Positions 1-9,256 of a stretch of 37,686 bases of DNA are shown here, piece after piece. The position numbers and the translations under genes are program-made. How positions within the stretch are numbered: position 1 is the stretch's first letter; each line of letters starts with the position of its first letter. The notes beneath the pieces are model-generated. The model made no database searches and was not told the origin of the DNA. It saw only the letters and a list, made by a program, of their open reading frames with translations. The DNA lies in the NCBI GenBank assembly GCA_035536515.1, contig DATLOA010000194.1, positions 1 to 37,686 on the forward strand. The letters run 5' to 3'. The DNA comes from Burkholderiaceae bacterium (lineage in GTDB: Bacteria; Pseudomonadota; Gammaproteobacteria; Burkholderiales; Burkholderiaceae_F).

Positions 1-1673
1 TGCGGCAGATGAGGCTCCATCGCCTTCTTGAACAAACCTTTCGCAACGCCATCCGGTGCCTTGACGCTCTCGGGCAACGAGAACGCCCACTCGAGCAGTC
101 GATGATCAAGCAGCGGCGAGCGCGACTCGAGACTTACCGCCATGCTCGCGGTGTCGACCTTCACCATCAAGTCGTCGGGCAGATACACATGCGTGTCCGC
201 CCAATTGGCGCCCGACACGAAATCTGGCGCTTCATCAAAGTAACGGTCCAAAAGATCAAGGGCAGAGCTTTGCAGGAACGGGGTCATCGCCGGCCCGTAT
301 GCAGCACTTTTCTGCTCGTCAGAGAAAGACACAATCGAGAACGCGTAGCGTTGACTTGACTTGCGTGTGCGCTCGGTCAGACGTTGCGCAAGCGAAGTGA
401 GGCGCGCCCCGAACCGCCCTTGCTGAACTCCGCGCGGCAATGAGCGCAAGCCAGCCGCGGCAAGCGCCGCGAGAGGGGGCGGCACGTGATCTAACTCGGC
501 GAGCTTTCGCATCGAGTCGTAGCGCGGGTAGCCGATGAACGCTTCGTCACCCCCATCTCCGTTGAGCGCAACGGTAACGTGCTGGCGCGCCATCTCCGAG
601 ACGTAGTACGTCGGGATCATCGACGCGTCTGAAAACGGCTCGCTGTAGTGCCAGATTAATTTCGGAAGAATATCGGCCGCGTTTGGCTCGAGTATTAACT
701 CGTGATGATCGGTGCCGTAACGCTGCGCCACCATGCGGGCGTACTTCGTCTCGTCGTATTCCGCGTGCCGGGAGCCGATCGAAAATGTCTTGACCGGTTC
801 ACCCGATAGTTGGGCCATCATCGCGACCACCGCGGAGGAATCAACACCCCCTGAAAGAAACGCGCCCAACGGCACATCAGAAATCATTCGCAGCTTGACC
901 GATTCCTTCAGCAACTCGACCAGCTCGTGCTGCTTTTCTTGCGCGTCGAAAGCAGATGCCGCGCGGCTGCTCGGAAGCGGCAAACTCCAATAGCGCTCCG
1001 CGGGACCGATCCGCCAGCCGTTCACCTCTCGCTGCGCGATGAGCTTGTGTGCCGCTGACAGCTTGTTTACAGACTCGAAGATAGTGCGCGGTGCGGGGAT
1101 GTACTGATACGTCAGATACTGATGAATCGCCGCGTAGTCGAGCTTGCAATCGAGGCCTGGCCACGTGACAAGCGCTTTCAACTCCGAGCCAAAAACCAGC
1201 GAATCGCCGATGCGGGCCCAATACAGAGGCTTCTTTCCGAGACGGTCACGCGCCAACAGCAAGCGTTGCAACATCGGATCCCAAAGCGCAAACGCGAACA
1301 TCCCGCGCAGGCGATCGATAACGGCGTCCCCCCAAACGCTATAGCCCTCCAAGATCACTTCTGTGTCGCTATGGCTGCGAAATTGCGTGCCGCGAGCTTC
1401 GAGCTCGGCTCGAATCTCCTGAAAGTTATAGATCTCGCCGTTGAACACGATCCAGCAGCGGGCATCTACGGTGCTCATCGGCTGGTGACCCGCAGGTGAA
1501 ATGTCGATGATCGACAGCCGGGCATGGCCCAGTCCGCACGTTCCGTCGGTCCATGCGCCGCGGTCGTCGGGCCCGCGATGCTTGATCACATCGACCATTT
1601 GATTGAGCCGCCCGATCGCCGTGTCGCGATCGATTCGCCCGTCAAGCCTTACGAATCCAGCGATGCCGCACAT
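1..1673 (-). CDS. asnB: asparagine synthase (glutamine-hydrolysing), AsnB family; partial, the C-terminus runs off the left edge
   Basis: It is absent from the ORF track because there is no stop codon in the window. Hand translation of the minus strand from the ATG at 1673-1671 gives MCGIAGFVRLDGRIDRDTAIGRLNQMVDVIKHRGPDD (Ntn Cys2 and HRGPD motif). In-frame hand translation gives the PP-loop SGGVDS at 837-854 and PDDLMVKVDTASMAVSLESR at 121-179. Confidence 0.9.
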   Translation of the reverse strand, partial: MCGIAGFVRLDGRIDRDTAIGRLNQMVDVIKHRGPDDRGAWTDGTCGLGHARLSIIDISPAGHQPMSTVDARCWIVFNGEIYNFQEIRAELEARGTQFRSHSDTEVILEGYSVWGDAVIDRLRGMFAFALWDPMLQRLLLARDRLGKKPLYWARIGDSLVFGSELKALVTWPGLDCKLDYAAIHQYLTYQYIPAPRTIFESVNKLSAAHKLIAQREVNGWRIGPAERYWSLPLPSSRAASAFDAQEKQHELVELLKESVKLRMISDVPLGAFLSGGVDSSAVVAMMAQLSGEPVKTFSIGSRHAEYDETKYARMVAQRYGTDHHELILEPNAADILPKLIWHYSEPFSDASMIPTYYVSEMARQHVTVALNGDGGDEAFIGYPRYDSMRKLAELDHVPPPLAALAAAGLRSLPRGVQQGRFGARLTSLAQRLTERTRKSSQRYAFSIVSFSDEQKSAAYGPAMTPFLQSSALDLLDRYFDEAPDFVSGANWADTHVYLPDDLMVKVDTASMAVSLESRSPLLDHRLLEWAFSLPESVKAPDGVAKGLFKKAMEPHLP

Positions 1674-1726
1674 GGCGTCAAACGACCTCTATAACAATGT
1701 GACAATTGTTTCGAAAGCGGCGCGCA

Positions 1727-3787
1727 TCATACGTTCCTGGCGGGAGCAGTAATCAATTCCGCAGTTGCCACCCGAAATCGGCTCGCTGCCAGCGCGACTA
1801 CGCACGCACGGTCGAGCCAAACGGCGATGAAAACAATTGCCAACGGCACGATCGGGTCAACGTAGCGCGGTATTACCGTTGTTGCCAATGCAGTCAACAC
1901 TATCGCACCGTGCATCATGGCGCCCACATATCCCGCGACTGCCAACCACAGCCATCGACGTCCGGCAACAAGGCTCGCCAGCAGAGTAATCAATGACGCG
2001 ATTGCGACCAAAGGTCCGAACAGTGGTACCTGCACGAGAACCCTGAGTGTCATATCGATTGTTGAAGAGTCGCGCTGCAGCGTTCGATCCGGGGCGCTGA
2101 TTAGTTGCCCGTATGCAAATTCGGGGACGTGGACCGTTTCCGCGAGTTTCCGCGCGAGCGTGTTGTGACTCTGCTCGAACGCCTGGAAGTGTTCGTTCAG
2201 CCACTTTTCCGTGTTGGCCGCATAGGGAAAGTGAATCCACCAAGCGGTAAAAACGTGGTCGGCGACGTGGGATGCATAAGCGAGAGGATGATGGGTGATG
2301 CTGGACGTCGCGAACTCACGATAGTACGGAATCATTTCCTCGCGGTCGCGAAAACCGAAGTTTCTCAGCGCGCTCTGAGTTGCCGCCGATGCGCGGTTGA
2401 AATTGTTCATCGAATACAAAGCACGCTCGACCGGCGAGGCTTGTGCTGCCTGGTCGCGCCGGTAGTCTTCGAGAGCAGCGGCAACCGCGGTGGCGGCCGC
2501 ATGCGGCTCGGCCAGATCCTCCACGCGATACAAATGGCCCACGTGCGGAAAGAGAGCTAGCCAGGCAATCGACTGGGCGGGTGTCCCGCGATAAGCATTG
2601 CTTGCGAGGGTTACAACTGCGAATCCGGCAACCATCGGGACTATGGTGGCGAGAGCAATCATTCGGCGGTGGCGGAAACGGTACACAAACAGCAACAGCG
2701 TGCAAACGGGAACGAAAAATCCGGCGGGCCGTATTAGGATCACGAGCAGGGCGGTCACGCCGACCATCGCCAGCCTGAGTCGTGTTGCCCGCTCGAGCAC
2801 CAGAATGACGGCGCTGAGATGCAAAAGCAGGCTCGACGCGTAGATGACTTCGGTGAGTGCGAACATCGAGTATTTGGTCACGGTGCCGAGCAACAGGAGC
2901 GCGATTGCGCACAAAGCGGCGACGGCGCGGAATTTGAGCGCAATGTGCAACGCCTGATAGAGCACCAACACGCTTGCGATCCACACGCCGATCTGTGCCG
3001 CTGGAAGCCCAGTGAGGCCGTTTCCCGGAAGCGCGACTAGCTTCGCGAAAGCCCAGTAGCCGAGCGGCACGATTGCATTAGCTGTCAAATAAGTGTGCGA
3101 ATCAGGATTCAGCAGCGGCACATTGGGCATCGCGAACCCAAAGAACCAGAGTACGTAGGCGGCGGCTCCTACTACTGCAACGGTCCAGATCGGACTGTGC
3201 GCGGCTTGGTACACCAGTGTGCGCAAGGCGTTTCTCGTTGCACCAAGCGCACGCGGATGAGTAAAGCCTACGACCGTCAAGAACACTGCAAGAGATGCAA
3301 ACCAAAGCAAGGCGATCACGGCGAGTCCGAGTGACCCAAACTCAAGCCGATATTGCACCCCATAGGAGCGCCCGTTGTTGCGCGGATCAGAATCGTCGCT
3401 GGCTGAGAAAATCAGCGTATCGCTTGAGCGTGCATCCGTGGCGGTTTGCCAGTGGGAGAATCTTCCGCGGCCCTGCTGATGGATATCCTGATGGACCGAA
3501 TGCGCTGCGCCGATTGCGACGCCGTCCTCGAACAGACGAAGACTCGATTGCCTGGGCCGTTCGTTGGTATCGCTCTGCCGGCCGAACACAAGACTGGGCA
3601 CGACTGAAGGTCCGAACTCAAAAGCGTATGCGCTCCCGCCTTGGCTGAGAATGCCAGCCGGGATTACTTCCGCCGTTTCTTCCCACAGTCCGGAACGCAA
3701 CGCGGCGGCGTAACCAGCGACCAGCGTAGCGGTCAGCAATACGAGCAGGCAACGCCTGATTGCTTTCGGTTCATTGATGCCTGTCAT
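1727..3787 (-). CDS. large polytopic inner-membrane protein, candidate GT-C-type (ArnT/PMT_2-like) glycosyltransferase; function unknown
   Basis: 686-aa ORF with roughly 11-12 hydrophobic helices by eye. A ~120-aa non-hydrophobic domain follows TM1 (aa ~33-150, contains FSASDDSDPRNNGRSY). NPDSHTY (nt 3089-3109) sits in the loop after the third helix and resembles the PDExRY loop motif of ArnT-type GT-C enzymes. A ~165-aa soluble insert (aa ~420-585) precedes three C-terminal helices. The gene itself is secure; the family call rests on motif recall only. Confidence 0.65.
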   Translation of the reverse strand: MTGINEPKAIRRCLLVLLTATLVAGYAAALRSGLWEETAEVIPAGILSQGGSAYAFEFGPSVVPSLVFGRQSDTNERPRQSSLRLFEDGVAIGAAHSVHQDIHQQGRGRFSHWQTATDARSSDTLIFSASDDSDPRNNGRSYGVQYRLEFGSLGLAVIALLWFASLAVFLTVVGFTHPRALGATRNALRTLVYQAAHSPIWTVAVVGAAAYVLWFFGFAMPNVPLLNPDSHTYLTANAIVPLGYWAFAKLVALPGNGLTGLPAAQIGVWIASVLVLYQALHIALKFRAVAALCAIALLLLGTVTKYSMFALTEVIYASSLLLHLSAVILVLERATRLRLAMVGVTALLVILIRPAGFFVPVCTLLLFVYRFRHRRMIALATIVPMVAGFAVVTLASNAYRGTPAQSIAWLALFPHVGHLYRVEDLAEPHAAATAVAAALEDYRRDQAAQASPVERALYSMNNFNRASAATQSALRNFGFRDREEMIPYYREFATSSITHHPLAYASHVADHVFTAWWIHFPYAANTEKWLNEHFQAFEQSHNTLARKLAETVHVPEFAYGQLISAPDRTLQRDSSTIDMTLRVLVQVPLFGPLVAIASLITLLASLVAGRRWLWLAVAGYVGAMMHGAIVLTALATTVIPRYVDPIVPLAIVFIAVWLDRACVVALAASRFRVATAELITAPARNV

Positions 3788-3838
3788 CCTTCGAAAGTGC
3801 GTAATGCGAGGACGACTAAATGCGTGTGCGTCGTTGGG

Positions 3839-4639
3839 TCATCGCTCGCCGCACACGGTCCAGCTATAACCGTGTCGATGGTGCAGTCGAATGTTCGTAA
3901 AGCCGGCGACCGCCAGCAACTCGCGCGCCTCGTTTTCGAGGTAATACTTGGCGTACGCCGGGTTCAACTGGTCGTAGATGATCAGATGGCGTTTTCGTCG
4001 ACTCATCCGCGCAAAAACTTCAGTCACATACTGCCGCATGGGCAACGGTGCGAACCGGCACGCGGCAAGGTACAGATCGGCAGCGAAGGTCAGCGCCCAG
4101 CAGATTGCGCTCAGAACTCCGTGGGGCAGGCGGCGCGTCAGCGCGCGAAACGGCTGCACAAACGCCAGGTAATTCTCGTTGCCTTCGCGACCGTATAACC
4201 AGATCAGAAGCAGTCCGCCCTGGCGCAGCGCGCGACGTGCGGCGGCTACTACCGTGGATGGATTTTCGATGTGGTGCAGGACGCCGATCGACAAGATCAA
4301 GTCGAGATCGTGCTCATTGGCAATCGATTGCCCTCGGCTGTGGACGAGCTTTACTTTATCGGCAACCGCGGAAAATCGGGTGACTAGGACATCGAACGCG
4401 TTCGATGGCTCGATCGCGACCACGTGCGCTGCACCGGCCTCAAGCAGCATGTTTACTACGCGTCCCGAGCCCGAGCCGATTTCCGCGACCCGCATGCCCT
4501 TGATTCGCTCGACGTCCAGCAGCGGCCCAAAAATGTCGGCCAACAGATCGATCGATCCGTAGTAGCCCGAGTTGTCGGTGTAGCGCGTCCATTGCTCGCC
4601 AAAGTCAGCGACTGTTCTGGCGTCCAGGTTTGCCTTCAC
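3839..4639 (-). CDS. class I SAM-dependent methyltransferase
   Basis: Motif I is VAEIGSGSGRVVNMLLEAG and the post-motif is LILSIGVLHHIENP...LRQGGLLLIW. The GTG start at 4639 overlaps the upstream stop as GTGA (4636-4639). Confidence 0.85.
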   Translation of the reverse strand: MKANLDARTVADFGEQWTRYTDNSGYYGSIDLLADIFGPLLDVERIKGMRVAEIGSGSGRVVNMLLEAGAAHVVAIEPSNAFDVLVTRFSAVADKVKLVHSRGQSIANEHDLDLILSIGVLHHIENPSTVVAAARRALRQGGLLLIWLYGREGNENYLAFVQPFRALTRRLPHGVLSAICWALTFAADLYLAACRFAPLPMRQYVTEVFARMSRRKRHLIIYDQLNPAYAKYYLENEARELLAVAGFTNIRLHHRHGYSWTVCGER

Positions 4640-5556
4640 AGTCCGTCGGCGGGGGGAGACGATGTAATGCGATAAATCGGCCGGTCATAACGCGACAGTC
4701 GCATCTGACTGATCTGGTCTGCTATCAGTCCAAAAAAGCCCGAGAGGATGCCGCCCAGCGTCAGCAGCACGGCGCCGGCCGGAACGCCGCGACCGGTCAA
4801 AATCGCCCAGCCGAGGCCGTAGAGGATGCCGGCAAAAAAGAGCATCACACCTGCCCTGAGAAAAATGCGCATCGGTGCAAACAGCATGAAAATGCGCATC
4901 AAGAGCATGAATGCATGAAAGCCGTCGGCGACCTTGACTTTACTCACGCCGATGCGCGGGTTCAACTCGATCGGGTAAAAGTCGATCGGGTAGCCGCGTT
5001 CTAGCATGATGACCGTGCTTGTAATGCTGGCGCTGAAGCCGTTGGGAAGCAGATCGACGTACCGGGAGATCACGTCACGGCGAAACACCCGCAGGCCGCA
5101 ATTGATGTCCTTGCCAGCACTAAACTTCAGGGATCGCGCTGCCAACCGTATAAAAAACTTCCCCAGTGTGCGTACCGGTGACGGGCCGGAGAATCGGCGT
5201 TGCGCGACGACTGCCGCCAGCCCGCGCGAGCTGACTATCAATGCCATTGCTGCGAGGTCGCTCACACGATGCTCGTTATCCGCGTCGAACCAGGCGACGT
5301 ATTCGCGTGTCGCGATACTGATACCGGTCTTAAGTGCGGCGCCATAGCCACGATTGAACGGATGCTGTGCGACAATGATTTTGGCGAACCCAAGCGCGAT
5401 CTGAGCGGTTCGATCATCCGACCCGTCGTCGATCACGATAACTTCCGCCTCGGGAGCGTCGCGCGTCAACGCGTCGAGCGTCGCCGCGATGCCTGCCTCT
5501 TCGTTGAATGCAGGGATGACGATACTCACGCGACTGAAAACGCTGTTCGACATCAT
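4636..5556 (-). CDS. family 2 glycosyltransferase, GtrB/ArnC/DPM1-like polyprenyl-phosphate sugar synthase type
   Basis: VSIVIPAFNEEAGI and VIVIDDGSDDRT, plus the DXD in WFDADNEH. Two C-terminal hydrophobic helices (aa ~225-290) match membrane-anchored polyprenyl-P glycosyltransferases. Length is 306 aa. Confidence 0.85.
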   Translation of the reverse strand: MMSNSVFSRVSIVIPAFNEEAGIAATLDALTRDAPEAEVIVIDDGSDDRTAQIALGFAKIIVAQHPFNRGYGAALKTGISIATREYVAWFDADNEHRVSDLAAMALIVSSRGLAAVVAQRRFSGPSPVRTLGKFFIRLAARSLKFSAGKDINCGLRVFRRDVISRYVDLLPNGFSASITSTVIMLERGYPIDFYPIELNPRIGVSKVKVADGFHAFMLLMRIFMLFAPMRIFLRAGVMLFFAGILYGLGWAILTGRGVPAGAVLLTLGGILSGFFGLIADQISQMRLSRYDRPIYRITSSPPADGL

Positions 5557-5577
5557 GCTGCGTCCTGATGGGGCGCC

Positions 5578-7464
5578 CTAGCGCACGCCGGTTGCGTCGC
5601 GCCACACAGCGAACGTCAACAAAGTCCAAAGAGCATAGCCGTGATCGGCGCGCAGTTCGACATGCTCCCGCCATAAGCGGGCGACGCCGTTAGGCGACAA
5701 GTAGGGAGCGAGCGCATCCCCGTCGCGCACCAGCATTCTTTCTGCCAGCGGCCGCAATGCTCCGCGCAGATGGGCGTCCACCGGCACCTTGAACCCCCGC
5801 TTTTCAGCGCGACTAATGGCGGGTGGAACACCCCGGCGTGCGAGCGCCGCGCGCAGGATTTTCTTGTCGGGTCCGCGCAGCGGCGTGAGCAAAGATGAGT
5901 CGAGCTTGCCCGCAAGTTCCATCATTCGGCGATCCAGAAACGGCACGCGCACCTCTACACCGTGTGCCATGCTCATGGCGTCACTCTTTACGAGAAGATC
6001 GCCCGGCAGGTAGTAAGTCTGATCGCCGAGTAGGCAGCGATCGACGAGCGTACCGGACTGACCCATCGTAGCCGCGTACTCATCGAGTGGATCTGCCAAC
6101 TGACCGAGCGCAAGCAGCGGCCCTGCGTACACCGTCTCCATCTGTTCCGGAAACAGATAGCGCCGCCATTGCGGATGGTGCATCCCGCGCGCAAATGCCA
6201 TTCCGGAAAACAGTCGTGCCATCTTCTCTGAAGCCGGGATTCGTCCGTGCCCGTGGCGGCACAATCGACGAAGCTGTTGCGCACCCAAGGCGGAAAGTCG
6301 CTTCGGTATCAGGGGCGAAGCCAGTGCAGCAATGCGGCTGGCGCGATAAGTTTCATAGCCGCCGAAGAACTCGTCGGCGCCGTCCCCCGTCAGTACGACA
6401 GGCATCCTACGGCGCGCAGCCTTGCATACGGCACTGAATGCCAAGCCGCTCGAGTCGGCGCAATTGCCGTCATAGTGATAAACCATCTTGATAAATCGCT
6501 GCTCGAGTTCGCTTGCGTCTTCCACGTCGACGCTTACGTGCTCGAGCCCAAACTTTGAGGCGATCGCCGTGGCTTGCGCGCCCTCGTCATATTCGTGCGT
6601 TGCGAATCGTGCCGTGAACGCCGGAACTGACTTGCCGGATAGCGTCGAAGCTGCCAGACCGCTATCGATTCCGCCGCTCAGCAACAGACCCACCGGAACG
6701 TCGCTGACAAGAATGTCGGACATCACTGCGTTCCACACGCTGTCAAAGGCGGCAAGCGCCGTCGGCATGTCGCGTATTTCCCCCGTGCGTGTCGGACGCC
6801 AATATCGGCTTACGCGGATTCCCTGGGCGTCGGCCACCAGGATGGATCCCGGCGGTACCGGCTGCACATCGCGCAACAGGGTTCGTTCCGGGCCGGGGTA
6901 GCCTTGCGCGAGATATCGATGCAGGCTCTCCACGCTTATTTGGCGTGAAGTCTCGGGCGCGGCCAGCAATCCCTTGATCTCGCTCGCGAAGCGCAGCGAG
7001 GACCCATTCCACGAGTAGTAAAGCGGCTTGATGCCGATGGGGTCGCGCACGAGGATCATGCGCTGCCGCCGACGGTCCCACAGACCAATGGCGAACATGC
7101 CTTCGAAGCGTGCAAAGGCGCCCGTATCCCATGCGGTGTACGCCGGTGCGATGACCTCGGTATCGGACGTCGTCAGAAAACGCAGTGGCTGGATTGCTGC
7201 CAACTCGCTGCGCAAAGCCACGTCGTTATAAATTTCTCCGTTGTAGGTAACCACGGTCGTGTCGGCGGCATCGTGCATCGGCTGATTCGCTTGCTCGCTA
7301 AGGTCGCGAATTGCCAGCCTTCGATGTCCCAAACCTACGTTGCCATCGATCCACGTACCCCATCCATCCGGCCCTCGGTGCGCTAGGATGTCGGTCATTG
7401 CAGTCAGCACGCGCGTGTCGACTGGCTCACCACCGAAATTCACGATCCCTGCGATACCGCACAT
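5578..7464 (-). CDS. asnB: asparagine synthase (glutamine-hydrolysing), AsnB family (second paralog)
   Basis: MCGIAGIVNFGG (Cys2 nucleophile), HRGPDG, the PP-loop LLLSGGIDSGLAAS, and LLVKSDAMSMAHGVEVRVPFLD. Length is 628 aa. Confidence 0.92.
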   Translation of the reverse strand: MCGIAGIVNFGGEPVDTRVLTAMTDILAHRGPDGWGTWIDGNVGLGHRRLAIRDLSEQANQPMHDAADTTVVTYNGEIYNDVALRSELAAIQPLRFLTTSDTEVIAPAYTAWDTGAFARFEGMFAIGLWDRRRQRMILVRDPIGIKPLYYSWNGSSLRFASEIKGLLAAPETSRQISVESLHRYLAQGYPGPERTLLRDVQPVPPGSILVADAQGIRVSRYWRPTRTGEIRDMPTALAAFDSVWNAVMSDILVSDVPVGLLLSGGIDSGLAASTLSGKSVPAFTARFATHEYDEGAQATAIASKFGLEHVSVDVEDASELEQRFIKMVYHYDGNCADSSGLAFSAVCKAARRRMPVVLTGDGADEFFGGYETYRASRIAALASPLIPKRLSALGAQQLRRLCRHGHGRIPASEKMARLFSGMAFARGMHHPQWRRYLFPEQMETVYAGPLLALGQLADPLDEYAATMGQSGTLVDRCLLGDQTYYLPGDLLVKSDAMSMAHGVEVRVPFLDRRMMELAGKLDSSLLTPLRGPDKKILRAALARRGVPPAISRAEKRGFKVPVDAHLRGALRPLAERMLVRDGDALAPYLSPNGVARLWREHVELRADHGYALWTLLTFAVWRDATGVR

Positions 7465-7509
7465 ATCATCTGAAACGGCGCTCGAGGCTCCGAGTCTGTT
7501 CCGAACGCA

Positions 7510-8178
7510 TTATTTGTGGGCGACGTAAAGCGTATTCAGCCCGTACAAGAACCTCGATTCGCGAATGTCCGTGAACCCGGCATCGCGCAGCAGCGACAGA
7601 ACTTCTGAACGATCAAGACCCGGCTCCTCATGCGCATCGATTTCGCGATGCTTGTCCTCCGAATACCACCAGATTTTATGGCCAATGGCACCAATCCAGC
7701 GCCCGATCATGGTCAGGATGACGCGACCGCCGGGACACAGGACGCGTCTCGCCTCGTGCAGCGCTTCGTTCCGCTCGGGGATGTGATTCAAGCAGGCAAC
7801 GAACGACACTGTATCGAAGCTCGCGTCGGCAAACGGTAGATGCGCCGATGATTCGATCAGCATGCAATCTGATCCCCAATCTACAACGTCGGCGCCGATG
7901 CTGCCGGCTTCGTCCCCTTTAACTCCCATGCTGCAATACAACTTGATCAGGACGTTGTCGCCCGCGCCGATATCGAGCACACGCCCGCGCAACTCAGGCA
8001 GTACGGCGGCAAGTCGCTCTCCTCGCAACGATGTTGTCCCCAGGCGTTCACAGACATGATCGGGCAGGATCGCCATTCGCACGGGCGCGAGCAGCAAGTC
8101 GTACGCGTGGCGCCAGATGGGCTTGTGCGCCGAAACGGCCCACGAAGGTGGCAAGGAGGCAGTGTGAGTATGTCTCAA
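7510..8178 (-). CDS. class I SAM-dependent methyltransferase (Methyltransf_11-like)
   Basis: Motif I is RVLDIGAGDNVL, followed by FDTVSFVACLNHIPE...LCPGGRVILTM. The TTG start at 8178 overlaps the upstream stop as TTGA (8175-8178). The start is uncertain because an internal Met (MAILPDH) is also possible. Confidence 0.8.
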   Translation of the reverse strand: MRHTHTASLPPSWAVSAHKPIWRHAYDLLLAPVRMAILPDHVCERLGTTSLRGERLAAVLPELRGRVLDIGAGDNVLIKLYCSMGVKGDEAGSIGADVVDWGSDCMLIESSAHLPFADASFDTVSFVACLNHIPERNEALHEARRVLCPGGRVILTMIGRWIGAIGHKIWWYSEDKHREIDAHEEPGLDRSEVLSLLRDAGFTDIRESRFLYGLNTLYVAHK

Positions 8179-9251
8179 CGGCGGCGCCTGTTCGCAGATG
8201 GCGGTTCTTCGCGGTCAGCAGCTTCGATCTGCGGGGCGCCATTATCGATGCGCGCTTGCAAAGCTTTGGCTAAGTGCTCCGTGTAGCGCACACGACCCCA
8301 TCGGTTTAGATGAGTCTGGCTGGAAAAATATGCGGCGGGCATTTGAAGCGGCATATCCAGGATGTCAACAGGTGACAGTCCGAGCGTTTGTGCGATGTTT
8401 CCACGCACGGTATTAAGTTCTGCGTACTCTCGCGCACCAAGGACGCCTGCGGGAACCGGAGTGACGAGCAGCAGAACTCGTGCGTGAGCAATGCGCATGC
8501 GGGAAGCCAGTACGATTAGCGCGTCCATGAACGCTTCGTTTGGCGTAATGTTGGAAATCGCGCCGAACCCCGGCGGACTGGTTTGCGCTTCTAACAACTG
8601 CGCGCTGCCGGCGCGCAGGCCGTAGCCCGGGTCGAGCATGCTCCCGCGTGATGTTCTGAGCTCTGTTTCCACCGTGCCGGTTCCCCCGTAGTACAGCGCG
8701 AAACTGCCGGGCATCGGGGCGTAGACGACAGTTCTGTCGAGGTATTCACGGGCAAACGCCAACGCGTTCTGAATCGTTAAGGGGACCCGATTGTTCTGCT
8801 CGTTCGAACGGGCGACGTATGCCACCCACGATTCCCAGCTGGCATCGCGAACGAATTGAATCGGATGAATAGCGAGAATGATCCAGGGCGGGCGAGGCTG
8901 ATCGGTCGCCATCTCGTGGATCATTGCTGCATAACCCGCCGGCCCGATGTACCCAATCGTGCAATAGTTTTCGGCTTCGATCTTCAGTTCGTCGCGTAAT
9001 AGCGACGCCACGATTCCCATCAAGCAAGAGCTGTCACCAAGCAAGGCGAGGTCGAATGGTTTTCGTTCGCGGAGCCGGCCGAGCTGCGTGTCAACGATCA
9101 AGTGATCAACCGAAGGATGCTTTCGATGCTGAGCGTCGTCCTGCGCACCGGCAAATACCACCAACAGCACCCCCAGTAACACAGCGACGACTGCCGCAAG
9201 TGGCGCCAACTCTCGCAGCACGAGGCCCATCGGTGGAGAAGAAGCGCTCAT
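8175..9251 (-). CDS. membrane-anchored hypothetical protein, possible SGNH/DltD/AlgJ-like acyl-transfer partner of the adjacent MBOAT
   Basis: There is one N-terminal hydrophobic helix (LAPLAAVVAVLLGVLLVVFAG). LALLGDSSCLMG (aa 69-80) resembles SGNH block I. SSQTHLNRWG (aa 310-319) resembles the D/T-H-W block of AlgJ/AlgX/DltD-type proteins. It lies 5 nt downstream of the MBOAT gene. The functional call is by motif and context only. Confidence 0.5.
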   Translation of the reverse strand: MSASSPPMGLVLRELAPLAAVVAVLLGVLLVVFAGAQDDAQHRKHPSVDHLIVDTQLGRLRERKPFDLALLGDSSCLMGIVASLLRDELKIEAENYCTIGYIGPAGYAAMIHEMATDQPRPPWIILAIHPIQFVRDASWESWVAYVARSNEQNNRVPLTIQNALAFAREYLDRTVVYAPMPGSFALYYGGTGTVETELRTSRGSMLDPGYGLRAGSAQLLEAQTSPPGFGAISNITPNEAFMDALIVLASRMRIAHARVLLLVTPVPAGVLGAREYAELNTVRGNIAQTLGLSPVDILDMPLQMPAAYFSSQTHLNRWGRVRYTEHLAKALQARIDNGAPQIEAADREEPPSANRRRR

Positions 9252-9256
9252 GTGCC

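Noticed and set aside
1-7464. The AsnB homologs as lasso-peptide cyclases or other RiPP enzymes.
   Set aside because: Both retain the N-terminal Cys2 glutaminase nucleophile that lasso cyclases lack. No precursor-peptide ORF, B-protein protease or ABC exporter is nearby. The intergenic gaps (45-53 nt) are too small to hide a precursor.
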